Source of the DNA: Gemmatimonadota bacterium
Lineage (GTDB): Bacteria; Gemmatimonadota; Gemmatimonadetes; Longimicrobiales; RSA9
Direction: 5' to 3'
NCBI GenBank assembly: GCA_052387015.1
Contig: JBQTJO010000115.1
Location: forward strand, 1 to 34,631
Length of the DNA: 34,631 bases
Part shown: positions 16,010-25,719 of the stretch, piece after piece
How positions within the stretch are numbered: the first letter of the stretch is position 1
How the letters are laid out: each line of letters opens with the position of its first letter
Notes under the pieces: model-generated
What the model saw: only the letters and a program-made list of their open reading frames with translations
Told to the model about the DNA's origin: nothing
Database searches by the model: none
Position numbers and translations under genes: made by a program

Positions 16010-17356
16010 TCAGGCGTTGGTATCAATACACTGGACAAAGTTCGGGTTGTTCTGCTCTTCGAACGGCACCGGCACGCTCACGGCATCCCCGTAATTGCCG
16101 CCCTTGAAGTAAGGACCGTTGGGATACACGGTGTCTACCGCCCGGCCGTATTGCCTGACCAGCCGCCGCATGTCACCGAGGCGATGCCCGGTGCTGAACA
16201 TCCAGAACGCACGCTCGCGGAACATGACATCCGCGCGTTTGGCCGGCGTGCCCGGATCCGCCAGGTTTGTCAGGTTAGGTCCTCTTCTATAGCTCGAGCC
16301 GAGCGCGGTAGGAATGGCCGGATACAGCGCTGTGTTCGTGCGCAATGCGTTGATCTTTGCCAGCCATGCGGCATTGCTGCCGGCACGCAGATCCGCTTCC
16401 GCGCGCATCAGCTCGGCTTCAATACCGGTCGCCACCGCGACTGGCGAGGTGCGATCCCAGATGCCGATGCGAATCAGAGTGGTCGGATTCGAGCTATCGA
16501 AAACCGAACCACCGCCGACTCGTTTCGGGAGCCGCGGGTCGTTGGATGAGACGTAGTCCAGGCCCACGCCGCCCTCGCGATCGACCATCGTGTAGCGCCG
16601 CGCACTCACGTTCAGACTCCAGATCTGATTGCTGTTGACGTTGAGTGAGTGGCTGACCTCGAACCGGAACGTCAGCGGCACGCCGGCAACTGCGGCACCG
16701 GCTTCGGCGAAGCGGCCGAGATTCAGCAACGCGCGCCCTTTGACGATCCTGGCGAGGTTTGTGACGGTCGCCGCATCATCGGCGAGCGCAAGCGCCGAGT
16801 CCGCATGCTCAACGGCCAGTTGGAAGACTTCGGCGTTCGTCTTTGGTTCGCCGAACGCAATGTCATTCGTCTCGGTCACGCTGCTGAGCGGCGTACCATT
16901 GCAGTAGTGCTCGCCAATCAGCACCTCTGCCAGCGCGGTGGCCGCGAACATCATCCCCGTTGCCGGCACGCTGTCCGGCGCGAACTGCCGAATGGCCTTG
17001 ATCGCGCGGGCGCCTTCGACTCGCACGCGGTTCAGGTCGCGCGAACGGTTCTCGTGGAACGTGTTGGTCGGGTCGAAGATCCGCTGGTCCATGTTGTTGC
17101 GCTGCACGAACGTGTCACCGGAGCGCCACTCGTCGCTGAGCAGGCCGGCCATCAGGAACAGCGCGTCGGCATTCTGAATGCCGGTCGTGGCTTGCGACAA
17201 ACGCAGGAACACACCGTTGCGCAGTGCAAACGCGCCGGACGCGGTCGTAACTTCCTCGATGATGTCCGGATCGGTGACCTCGAGCACGTCATCCAGGCTG
17301 CACGCGGCGAGCGGCAAGCATGCCAGCGCGAGCAAAAAAGTCCTCATTGGTTTCAT
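16010..17356 (-). CDS. RagB/SusD-family outer-membrane lipoprotein
   Basis: 448-aa ORF with lipoprotein signal MKPMRTFLLALACLPLAAC. It lies 11 nt downstream of a SusC-type TonB-dependent receptor, the canonical pairing. It is helix-rich with a TPR-like N-terminal half. Confidence 0.7.
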   Translation of the reverse strand: MKPMRTFLLALACLPLAACSLDDVLEVTDPDIIEEVTTASGAFALRNGVFLRLSQATTGIQNADALFLMAGLLSDEWRSGDTFVQRNNMDQRIFDPTNTFHENRSRDLNRVRVEGARAIKAIRQFAPDSVPATGMMFAATALAEVLIGEHYCNGTPLSSVTETNDIAFGEPKTNAEVFQLAVEHADSALALADDAATVTNLARIVKGRALLNLGRFAEAGAAVAGVPLTFRFEVSHSLNVNSNQIWSLNVSARRYTMVDREGGVGLDYVSSNDPRLPKRVGGGSVFDSSNPTTLIRIGIWDRTSPVAVATGIEAELMRAEADLRAGSNAAWLAKINALRTNTALYPAIPTALGSSYRRGPNLTNLADPGTPAKRADVMFRERAFWMFSTGHRLGDMRRLVRQYGRAVDTVYPNGPYFKGGNYGDAVSVPVPFEEQNNPNFVQCIDTNA

Positions 17357-17367
17357 GGCTTCCTCGC

Positions 17368-20300
17368 TCAGAAGTTGAAAGTCGCGCGCAACGTCCAGTA
17401 GCTGGGCGGCGCCTGCGTCTGGAAATCCGTTTGTACGTCACCGCCGCCGAAATATCCGGCTTCAGGATCGATGCCCGAATAGTCCGTCCAGACATGCAGG
17501 TTCCGGCCGGCGGCCGTGAGCAGCACGCGCCGGGCCCGCAGCGCGCCCGCCACATTGGCCGGGAGCTCATAAGTCGCTGACACTTCACGGAGCCTGACGA
17601 AGCTGGCGTCCTCGACGAATCCATACTGCGTGCGCGCCGCGGTTTCGCGCAGCGCCACGACGCGCGCTTGCTTCCACAGAGGAGCACCAGGATCGATCAG
17701 ACCATCACAGTTGAGGCGCGACTCGCAGCGAATGCGCTCGGTTCCATTCAACTGGTAGTGGCCGCCCTTGTAGTCGAAGCCGGCGTTCAGGCTCAGTCTC
17801 CGTGCGAAGAGCTGGATGCCGGTGTTCAGGGTAATTTCGGTTTCCGGCAAATTGGCGCCAATGAACGCCGCACTGTCCTCGACCATGATTTCATTGGCCG
17901 TGATGATGCCATTACCGTCCGCGTCCTCGAACGTGTAGGGCCGCAGCCAGTAGCTGTTGAGCGGGAAGCCTTCGCGCTGATGAATCGTCGTGCCGATGAT
18001 CGGCGGCACGCCGCCCAGGTCGGCGAGCTCGTTCTTGTTGTGCGCGCCTGCAAGCGTGAGATGCCAGCCAAAACCCGGCCGCTCGATGATCTGCGCGTGC
18101 ACGGAGCCTTCGACACCCGTGTTCTGCACCGAGCCGAGGTTCTCGAACCGGGTGATCGCACCGCCTACCGAAGGCGCCACCGTGCGCGCGATCAGCGCGT
18201 CTTTCGTCGTCTTGTGATAGAATGTGAGCTCCAGTCCGACACGGTTGCTCAGCACGCCGGCATCCAGACCGAGCTCGAATTCAGACGACCGCTCGGGCTT
18301 CAGCTCCTTGTTGCCGAGCGCGCTGAAGACGATCGCGGCGCGGTCCTCGTTCTCGACGCTTGCCGTAGTCGGCGTGAAGAACGCGACCGCATCCGTGGTG
18401 CCGGGCTGCACACCCGACGCACCCCATGCTGCACGCAGGCGCAGGTTGTCGAACAGATCGATCGCAGGGAAGAACGACTCCTCCGATATCACCCATGACG
18501 CGCTGAACTTCGGATACATGACCGCGCTGAAATCCGCGCCGAAGGCGCTGTTGTCGTCAATACGCACCGCCGCGTTCAGGTAGAGCTTGTCACGCCATGC
18601 GATCTGCTCATCGATAAACGTGCCGAGGGTGGCGGAAACCGTCGTGGTTTCGTCCGCCTGCGGGATCGCGCCGGCCGTCACGGTCGTTGCGCCCGGCGCG
18701 AGATCCTCCGCAAACGCGCCGTTCCGGTTGAACAGGCGCCGGAAATATTGCACACCGACAGTCGTGCGCGACTTTACGGCCGGTGAGACCTGGTATTCCG
18801 CACTACCGCTCGCATCGGCGGTGTACTGAAAAAAGTTCGTCCGGTTGTCTTCCTTGAAGCCCGTGATATTCGTCGTGTTGAACGGCGTGCATTCACCGCG
18901 CCGGCAGAGATCCGTGTCGACGCGATTCACATAATCGACGCCGCCCGTCACGCGACCCGAGAACCAGGCGGCCGGTTTCCACGTGGCCGTCCCGCTGCCG
19001 ATGAAGCGGTTGATGTCCTGCTCCACGGTTTCGGAGAAGAACATGTCCGGCGTATAGAGCCGGTAGCCGAACCGTCCATTGTCCTTGTGGCCCGGTCCGC
19101 CGAAGCCGTTCGACAGCAGACCGGTCGTGTTGTTGTCGGTCTGAGGCAGACGCTGGTTGGAACTGACATAACCAGTCGATATCGCGAGGTCGAGCGTTGG
19201 ACTCAAGCTCGCGCCCATGTTCGCGCGCACACTGACCCGGTTACGTGCGTTCGGACGCAACGCCTCGAAAGGCACTTCGCTGATCTGCCGATCGGTCCTG
19301 ATGATGTCCTGCGCGAAATCCGGCATGCGCAGCAGGCCGATCTCATCTTCCCATTCGCCGGATATGAAATAGTTGAGCGCCTCCGATCCGCCATTGACCT
19401 GAAGTCCGTACTGCTGACGAGTGCCCGTACCGTTCGGCGTCGCCTCACCGTCGTCGAACAGATTGAACGTGGTGATGCGATCCTGCGTGCACTTGCCGGC
19501 TGCGACCGCAGTCAGGAAGCACTGGATTCCGTTGGTCGGCTCCGAGCCGGTGGTCCAGCCGCGGTAGGCGGTGGGGTAATTGTTGTAGTCCTTGATCGCA
19601 CCAACTTCGGCGTACGCGGACCAGTTCGCACGGCCCGCGCGCCCCCTCTTGGTCTTGATCACGATCACCCCGTTGGCGGCGTCGGTGCCATACAGGGTGG
19701 AAGCTGCCGGGCCCTTCACGAATTCGATGGATTCGAGTTCCTCCGGATTCAGATCGTTTACGCGGCTGATGCTCGTGCCGCCGATGCCAATGCTGGAGGA
19801 ACCCGAAGCGCTCTCCATCCGGATACCATCGATGTAGTAGACGGGATCATTGCTGAGGCTCAGACTGTTATTGCCGCGAATGCGGACGCGTGCCTCCGCG
19901 CCGGTGAGGTTGCCCGGAGTCACGGTTACGCCGGGTGTCCGGGCGACCAGCAGATCGTTCATGTTCGCGATCGGCTGCGTCTGCGTAAGCTCCGCCGCGT
20001 CAATGCGGGCGATCGCGTGGCCGACTTCGCGCTTGGCCTGCTCGCCGGTCGCCGTCACTACCAGCTCGTCGAGCCGAAGTGCCGCGATCTGGAGCGCGAA
20101 ATCCGCCTTGGCCGGCGTGCCGGCCGCAATCACAACCGTGCGATTCTGCGGTGCGAACCCGAGCGCACTGGCACGCAGTTCTCGCTGCCCGGGCGGCACC
20201 GCCCTGAATCGATACTGTCCATCGGTGCCGGTCTCGGCGAAGAGATCGCTGCCGACAATGTTCACGAGCGCGCGCGCGATTGGCCGGCCTGTGGTCTGGT

Positions 20301-20409
20301 CGCGCACGACTCCGGAAAGCGCGCTCTCCTGCGCCTGCGCGGGGGCCGCCGTCCACAAGGGCAGCAGCAGCGCGCAGGCGTAGGACCACTTTGCACGAAG
20401 CGTTGTCAT
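17368..20409 (-). CDS. SusC/RagA-type TonB-dependent outer-membrane receptor
   Basis: The track ORF is 17368..20766, trimmed to ATG 20409 (GAGGAA upstream): MTTLRAKWSYACALLLPLWTAAPAQA. It has a carboxypeptidase-regulatory-like N-domain (SGVVRDQTTGRPIARALVNIVGSDLFAETGTDGQYRF), a plug (LDELVVTATGEQ..., VRIRGNNSLSLSNDPVYYIDGIRM) and a barrel ending WTLRATFNF. Confidence 0.85.
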   Translation of the reverse strand: MTTLRAKWSYACALLLPLWTAAPAQAQESALSGVVRDQTTGRPIARALVNIVGSDLFAETGTDGQYRFRAVPPGQRELRASALGFAPQNRTVVIAAGTPAKADFALQIAALRLDELVVTATGEQAKREVGHAIARIDAAELTQTQPIANMNDLLVARTPGVTVTPGNLTGAEARVRIRGNNSLSLSNDPVYYIDGIRMESASGSSSIGIGGTSISRVNDLNPEELESIEFVKGPAASTLYGTDAANGVIVIKTKRGRAGRANWSAYAEVGAIKDYNNYPTAYRGWTTGSEPTNGIQCFLTAVAAGKCTQDRITTFNLFDDGEATPNGTGTRQQYGLQVNGGSEALNYFISGEWEDEIGLLRMPDFAQDIIRTDRQISEVPFEALRPNARNRVSVRANMGASLSPTLDLAISTGYVSSNQRLPQTDNNTTGLLSNGFGGPGHKDNGRFGYRLYTPDMFFSETVEQDINRFIGSGTATWKPAAWFSGRVTGGVDYVNRVDTDLCRRGECTPFNTTNITGFKEDNRTNFFQYTADASGSAEYQVSPAVKSRTTVGVQYFRRLFNRNGAFAEDLAPGATTVTAGAIPQADETTTVSATLGTFIDEQIAWRDKLYLNAAVRIDDNSAFGADFSAVMYPKFSASWVISEESFFPAIDLFDNLRLRAAWGASGVQPGTTDAVAFFTPTTASVENEDRAAIVFSALGNKELKPERSSEFELGLDAGVLSNRVGLELTFYHKTTKDALIARTVAPSVGGAITRFENLGSVQNTGVEGSVHAQIIERPGFGWHLTLAGAHNKNELADLGGVPPIIGTTIHQREGFPLNSYWLRPYTFEDADGNGIITANEIMVEDSAAFIGANLPETEITLNTGIQLFARRLSLNAGFDYKGGHYQLNGTERIRCESRLNCDGLIDPGAPLWKQARVVALRETAARTQYGFVEDASFVRLREVSATYELPANVAGALRARRVLLTAAGRNLHVWTDYSGIDPEAGYFGGGDVQTDFQTQAPPSYWTLRATFNF

Positions 20410-20683
20410 GGTTCCTCGTTTATGCTGAAGTATGTAAACGATCAACTTGCGCGTTGATCGGGAGTGCGCACCCAAATGCCGCCCTTGGCAGGGCGGCGTC
20501 AGGACCGTTAGACGCATTTCAAAATGCGTCATCCGCGATCGGCAGGGCAAGCGTTTCAACTGTGGTTCATCGGCCGGCGGCCGGCGTGCGCCGTCCGCCG
20601 GAGTCCCGGCGAGCCGACGCCGTCGCCATGCATTGACCGGCCGACTAGTTTTAACCGGCTGGATTTCCCTGGAGATGGAGACC

Positions 20684-23635
20684 ATGAGCCAGGCAACGGC
20701 GCTCGAGTACACGGACCGCTTCGTCCGCAGGCATATCGGCCCCAGTGAGGGGCAGATCCGCGACATGCTTCAGACGATCGGCTACGACTCGCTCGGCGGC
20801 TTTATCGATACGGTCATTCCGAATGGTATTCGCTTCCGGCAGGCGCTCGATCTGCCCGCCGCGCTGTCGGAGTATGAGACACTGGCCGAGCTGAGGCGGA
20901 TCGCGCGCGAGAACCGCGTTTTCCGCTCGTTCATCGGCATGGGCTATCACGATTGCATCACGCCATCCGTGATTCAGCGCAAGGTTCTCGAGAATCCCGG
21001 TTGGTATACGGCGTACACACCGTATCAGGCGGAAATCGCGCAGGGCCGACTGGAGGCGCTGCTCAATTTCCAGACGGTCTGCATCGATCTGACCGGCCTT
21101 CCGATCGCCAACGCGTCGCTGCTGGACGAGGCGACGGCGGCGGCGGAGGCGATGAGCATGTCCCACGCGATCCGCGGCAAAGCCGGCGGCTCTTCAGAAC
21201 CTGAGCGCAGCGGCCAGGGGGCCGCGCGCCCTTCCTTGCACGCCGCCGCCGGCGGCCGCGTTTATTTCGTCTCCGGCCTGTGCCACCCCCAGACCATCGA
21301 TGTGGTGCGCACGCGCGCACGTGCGCGCGGCTGGGATGTCGTGGTCGGCGACTGGAAGAGCTTCGAGTTCGGGCCCGAAGTAATCGGTGTGCTGCTGCAG
21401 TACCCGGCGACCGATGGTGCGGTGATCGACTACCGCGCGGTGGTCGAGAAGGCGCACGCCGGCGGCGCGATCGTCACGGTCGCGGCGGATCTGCTCAGCC
21501 TGGTGCTGCTGACCCCGCCCGGCGAATGGGGCGCCGACATTGTGATCGGCAGCTCGCAGCGCTTCGGCGTGCCGATGGGCTATGGCGGGCCACACGCCGC
21601 GTTTCTTTCGACGAAGGACGAGTTCAAGCGTCATCTTCCCGGCCGCATCATCGGCGTTTCCACCGATTCACGCGGCCGGCCCGCGCTGCGCATGGCGTTG
21701 CAGACGCGCGAGCAGCACATCCGGCGCGAGAAAGCGACCAGCAATGTCTGCACTGCGCAGGTGCTGCTCGCGGTGATCGCATCGATGTACGCGGTCTATC
21801 ACGGACCGCAGGGACTGACCGCGATTGCGCGCCGCATCCACCGGCTGACCGCATTGCTCGCGCACTCGCTTCATGCGCTGGGCTACGAGATCGTGCACGC
21901 CTGCTACTTCGATACGCTCCGCATACGCGGTGCGAAGGGCGCGCACGAAATTCTGAAGGGCGCGCAGGAACGCGGGATCAATCTGAGGGCGTTCGAGAAC
22001 GGCGACATCGGCATTGCGCTCGACGAGACGGTCTTGACCAAGGATATCGCGGACCTGGTTGCGGTCTTCGCCGGCTCGGACGTCGACACGCTCGAGATCG
22101 ACGAGCGGACGCTGGCGGAAGCGGACGCGCTCGGCGAGCCGTTCCACCGCGGGAGCAGTTTCCTGACGCACCCGGTTTTCAATACGTATCACTCCGAGCA
22201 CGATATGCTGCGCTACATCCAGCGTCTCGAGGAGAAGGATCTCTCGCTGACTACGTCGATGATCCCGCTCGGCTCGTGCACGATGAAGCTGAACGCGGCG
22301 ACCGAGATGTTGCCGGTGACCTGGCCGGAGTTCGCGAAGCTGCATCCGTTCGCGCCGCGCGAGCAGGCGAAAGGCTACGGCATTCTGATCTCGCAGCTGG
22401 AGAGCTGGCTCGCGGAGATCACCGGCTTCGCGGGCGTGTCGATGCAACCCAATGCGGGCTCACAGGGGGAATTGACCGGATTGCTCGTGATCCGCGCGTA
22501 TCACGAGGCGCGCGGCCAGCAACGGGACGTGTGCCTGATCCCGCAGTCCGCGCACGGGACCAACCCGGCCAGCGCGGTGATGGCCGGCATGAACGTCGTG
22601 GTCGTGAAGAGCGATGAGAATGGCAACGTCGACATCGATGACCTGCGCGCCCAGGCGGAGAAGCACAAGGACCGCCTCGCCGCGCTCATGATCACCTATC
22701 CCTCGACGCACGGCATCTTCGAGGAAGGCATTCGCACCATCTGCGGGACCGTGCACGAGCACGGTGGCCAGGTCTACATGGATGGCGCCAACATGAACGC
22801 GCTGGTCGGACTGTGCCGCCCCGGCGACATCGGCGCGGACGTCTGCCATCTCAATCTGCACAAGACGTTCTGCATCCCGCATGGCGGCGGCGGCCCCGGC
22901 ATGGGCCCGATCGGCGTCGCCTCGCACCTGCTGCCGTTCCTGCCCGGCCATCCGGTCATCGAGACCGGCGGTGAAAAGGGCATTACCGCGGTCTCGGCGG
23001 CGCCGTGGGGCAGCCCGGAAATCCTGCCGATCTCGTGGGCGTACATCCGCATGATGGGGCCGGACGGCCTCACCGAGGCGACCAGGATCGCCATCCTGAA
23101 CGCGAATTACGTCGCGAAGCGTTTGAGCGCGGCGTATCCGGTCTTGTATACCGGACACGAAGGCACGGTCGCGCACGAGTGCATCATCGATCCGCGCCCG
23201 CTGAAGAACTCGGCCGGCGTCGAGGCGGTGGACATCGCCAAGCGGCTGATGGATTACGGCTTCCACGCGCCGACCGTTTCCTTCCCGGTCGTGGGCACCC
23301 TGATGATCGAGCCGACCGAAAGCGAATCGCTCGACGAGCTGGACCGCTTCTGTGATGCGCTGATCGGCATTCGCGAAGAGATCCGCGAAATCGAAATGGG
23401 CATTGCCGATCGCACCAACAACGTGCTGAAGAACGCGCCGCACACCGCCGACATGGTGGTCAGTGACTCGTGGGACAGGCCGTACGGACGCGAGAAGGCC
23501 GCCTATCCGGCGCCGTGGACGCGCGCGCACAAGTTCTGGCCGTCGGTTGGATTGGTGGAATCGGCCGCCGGCGACCGCAACCTGATCTGCGCGTGCCCGC
23601 CGCTGGAAGAGTATGCGGCTATGAACGCTGAATAG
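20684..23635 (+). CDS. gcvP: glycine dehydrogenase (decarboxylating), glycine-cleavage P protein, single-chain form
   Basis: The track ORF is 20447..23635. The conserved N-terminus starts at [21 protein letters not shown] (ATG 20684; ATG 20675 is the alternative). The PLP-lysine motif [22 protein letters not shown] is present, and the protein is colinear with GcvP throughout. Confidence 0.95.
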   Translation: MSQATALEYTDRFVRRHIGPSEGQIRDMLQTIGYDSLGGFIDTVIPNGIRFRQALDLPAALSEYETLAELRRIARENRVFRSFIGMGYHDCITPSVIQRKVLENPGWYTAYTPYQAEIAQGRLEALLNFQTVCIDLTGLPIANASLLDEATAAAEAMSMSHAIRGKAGGSSEPERSGQGAARPSLHAAAGGRVYFVSGLCHPQTIDVVRTRARARGWDVVVGDWKSFEFGPEVIGVLLQYPATDGAVIDYRAVVEKAHAGGAIVTVAADLLSLVLLTPPGEWGADIVIGSSQRFGVPMGYGGPHAAFLSTKDEFKRHLPGRIIGVSTDSRGRPALRMALQTREQHIRREKATSNVCTAQVLLAVIASMYAVYHGPQGLTAIARRIHRLTALLAHSLHALGYEIVHACYFDTLRIRGAKGAHEILKGAQERGINLRAFENGDIGIALDETVLTKDIADLVAVFAGSDVDTLEIDERTLAEADALGEPFHRGSSFLTHPVFNTYHSEHDMLRYIQRLEEKDLSLTTSMIPLGSCTMKLNAATEMLPVTWPEFAKLHPFAPREQAKGYGILISQLESWLAEITGFAGVSMQPNAGSQGELTGLLVIRAYHEARGQQRDVCLIPQSAHGTNPASAVMAGMNVVVVKSDENGNVDIDDLRAQAEKHKDRLAALMITYPSTHGIFEEGIRTICGTVHEHGGQVYMDGANMNALVGLCRPGDIGADVCHLNLHKTFCIPHGGGGPGMGPIGVASHLLPFLPGHPVIETGGEKGITAVSAAPWGSPEILPISWAYIRMMGPDGLTEATRIAILNANYVAKRLSAAYPVLYTGHEGTVAHECIIDPRPLKNSAGVEAVDIAKRLMDYGFHAPTVSFPVVGTLMIEPTESESLDELDRFCDALIGIREEIREIEMGIADRTNNVLKNAPHTADMVVSDSWDRPYGREKAAYPAPWTRAHKFWPSVGLVESAAGDRNLICACPPLEEYAAMNAE

Positions 23636-23647
23636 CGATGATGTGAC

Positions 23648-23686
23648 AAGAGCGCTTGAAGCGATGAGCGCGAAACAAGCGCTCTT
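23648..23686. terminator. inverted repeat between convergent gcvP and rho
   Basis: AAGAGCGCTTG (23648-23658) pairs with CAAGCGCTCTT (23676-23686): 11-bp arms and a 17-nt loop. An alternative pairing is AGCGATGAGCGC / GCGCTCTTATCGCT. There is no U-tract on either strand, so it is not a canonical intrinsic terminator. Confidence 0.35.
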
Positions 23687-23717
23687 ATCGCTCACCTCGC
23701 TCTCATCCCTCTTATCG

Positions 23718-24887
23718 CTAGACGGCTACCGTCCGCCGCACCAGCTCATCATTCGTGTCCGTCCGCTTCATCATGGTTAGCAGCGTCTGCATCGCATCGG
23801 CCGCGCCCGAGCCATTGATGTTACGACGGAACTGACTCGCGAACTCCAGCGCCTCGGGTGAGAGCAGCATCTCCTCGCGCCGGGTCGACGAAGCGGTGAT
23901 GTCGATGGCGGGGAAGATCCGCTTGTCCGCCAGCTCGCGCGAAAGCACCAGCTCGCTGTTGCCCGTGCCCTTGAACTCCTCGAAGATCACCTGATCCATG
24001 CGCGAGCCGGTGTCGACCAGCGCGGTCGCGATGATGGTGAGGGAGCCGCCGCCCTTCTCGGGATCGACCAGCCGGGCCGCGCCCAGAAAGCGCTTCGGCT
24101 TTTCCAGCGAATTCGCGTCCAGGCCGCCCGACATGGTGCGACCGCTTCCTTCCTCCGCCGTGTTGTAGGCGCGTGCGAGGCGCGTGATCGAGTCCAGGAT
24201 GATGACGACATCCTGACCCATCTCGACGCGGCGCTTGGCGCGCTCGAGCGTGATCTCCGCGACCGAGATGTGACGCTCCGCCGGATGGTCGAAGCTCGAT
24301 GCGATGACTTCGCCGTAGCCGCACATCTCCATCTCGGTGATCTCTTCCGGCCGCTCATCCACGAGCAGGATGAAGACGGTAGCGCCGGGATGATTCTTGA
24401 CAACGCCTTCGGCCACGGCCTGCAGCACCATCGTCTTGCCGGCTTTCGCCGGTGCGACGATCAAAGCGCGCTGTCCCTTGCCGAGCGGGTTGAAGAGGTC
24501 GATGACGCGATCCGTGTAATCCCGCTGGCCGCGCCGGGTGAGGCCGCACTCGATGATCAGCTGCTCATCCGGGTGCTTGGCCGTGAGCCGGCTGAACTGC
24601 GGACGGTGCAACGCGTCTTCCGGATGCAGACCGTTCGCGGTCTGAATCGAAAGCAGCGGCGCACTCCGGCCGCGGCCGGGCGCCTCGCCCGCCTCGCCGA
24701 CGATCTCGTCACCGGTGCGCAGCCCGAAGCGCTGAATCAGCTTGCTGCCGACAAAAATGTCGTTCTTGCTGGCGAGATAGCTCGCCTCGCGCTGGCGCAG
24801 AAAGGCCGCGCCGTTTCCTACGATTTCCAGGATACCTGAAATCACGAGTTGCTCTTGTTGAATAGGGGAATGACTGCGAATCACCAA
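23718..24887 (-). CDS. rho: transcription termination factor Rho (short form, without the N-terminal helical subdomain)
   Basis: 389-aa ORF. It has the OB/CSD RNA-binding part (ISGILEIVGNGAAFLRQ...YLASKNDIFVGSKLIQRFGLRTGDEI), Walker A (LIVAPAKAGKT), LLVDERPEE, ITRLARAYN, RFLGAAR and GSLTIIATALVDTGSRMD. The first in-frame start is TTG 24887 (then GTG 24884), and it overlaps the uppP stop. Confidence 0.9.
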   Translation of the reverse strand: MVIRSHSPIQQEQLVISGILEIVGNGAAFLRQREASYLASKNDIFVGSKLIQRFGLRTGDEIVGEAGEAPGRGRSAPLLSIQTANGLHPEDALHRPQFSRLTAKHPDEQLIIECGLTRRGQRDYTDRVIDLFNPLGKGQRALIVAPAKAGKTMVLQAVAEGVVKNHPGATVFILLVDERPEEITEMEMCGYGEVIASSFDHPAERHISVAEITLERAKRRVEMGQDVVIILDSITRLARAYNTAEEGSGRTMSGGLDANSLEKPKRFLGAARLVDPEKGGGSLTIIATALVDTGSRMDQVIFEEFKGTGNSELVLSRELADKRIFPAIDITASSTRREEMLLSPEALEFASQFRRNINGSGAADAMQTLLTMMKRTDTNDELVRRTVAV

Positions 24888-25672
24888 AAAACGATCAGGA
24901 GCAATGCTCCAAAAATTATTCTGTACCAGGCAAAGCCCACGAAGCTCTTTTGCGAGACGTAAGCAAGGAACGCCTTCACTACGAACAACGCCGACACGAA
25001 GGACACGGCGAATCCAACTGCAAAAACCGGTGCATCTGCGGCGGTGAGCAGATTACGACTCTTGATCAGGTCGTAACCGGTTGCCGCGAACATCACGGGA
25101 ATGGCCAGAAAAAAAGAAAACTCGGTAGCGGCGCGGCGCGATAGGCCGAGGGAGCGCGCTCCCATTATGGTGGCGCCGGACCTCGAAACGCCAGGGAAAA
25201 GTGACAGAACCTGGGCGACGCCGATCCCGAGCGCCTTCCGCCACGGCATGTAATCCGCACCCTCCACCGTCACCGCCGGATCCCACTTCTCGATGAGCAG
25301 GATCACCATGCCGCCGACCAGCAGCGCCCACGCCACCGCCAGCGGATTGAACAGGTTCGATTTGATCCAGTCGTGGGTCAGGAAGCCGACCAGCGCGGCC
25401 GGCGCGAACGCGATCGCCAGATTGACGATCAGCACCGGGCCTTCCGGGTGTTTGGCCGATGCCGTTATTACCCCGTAAATCTTTTCGCGATACAGCCAAA
25501 CGACGGCGAGAATCGCGCCCAACTGAATGAAAATCGAGAAGGTGTCGGCGGTGGCGCCGTTGAAATCCAGCACCGCCTGGGTCAGGATCAGATGCCCGGT
25601 CGACGAAACCGGAATGAACTCCGTCGCCCCCTCCACCAATCCCATCACCACCGCCTTTAGCAGCAGAATCAG
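24881..25672 (-). CDS. uppP: undecaprenyl-diphosphate phosphatase
   Basis: Motifs EGATEFIPVSSTGHL and PGVSRSGATI are present. The track starts at GTG 25651, but the conserved first helix (IQLILLLKAVVMGLVEG) continues in frame upstream to a stop at 25697-25699, with only CTG/ATT/ATA as possible starts. The 5' end is therefore uncertain; I placed it at CTG 25672. Confidence 0.85.
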   Translation of the reverse strand: MILLLKAVVMGLVEGATEFIPVSSTGHLILTQAVLDFNGATADTFSIFIQLGAILAVVWLYREKIYGVITASAKHPEGPVLIVNLAIAFAPAALVGFLTHDWIKSNLFNPLAVAWALLVGGMVILLIEKWDPAVTVEGADYMPWRKALGIGVAQVLSLFPGVSRSGATIMGARSLGLSRRAATEFSFFLAIPVMFAATGYDLIKSRNLLTAADAPVFAVGFAVSFVSALFVVKAFLAYVSQKSFVGFAWYRIIFGALLLIVFW

Positions 25673-25719
25673 TTGTATCTGGCACCTGCCTTGCCCTTAG
25701 GCTGCGCGGGAGGACGAGG

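Noticed and set aside
19087-20457. 456-aa + ORF antisense to SusC; also 17668..18498 (+)
   Set aside because: These are antisense shadows of a clearly recognisable TonB-dependent receptor.
20410-20766. N-terminal extension of the SusC ORF (119 extra codons). The same issue applies to 20447..20683 (gcvP), 26463..27152 (FabH-like), 28043..28210 (transporter), 3012..3164 and 3890..3955 (CARDB genes), and 34411..34473 (dnaA)
   Set aside because: The extensions are Arg/Pro/Cys-rich and run through neighbouring genes or spacers. Internal ATGs with SD sequences coincide with signal peptides or conserved N-termini.
21280-23695. 445-aa + off-frame ORF and 411-aa minus ORF inside gcvP
   Set aside because: gcvP is unambiguous, with its PLP-Lys motif and full colinearity. 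These are high-GC alternative-frame artefacts.
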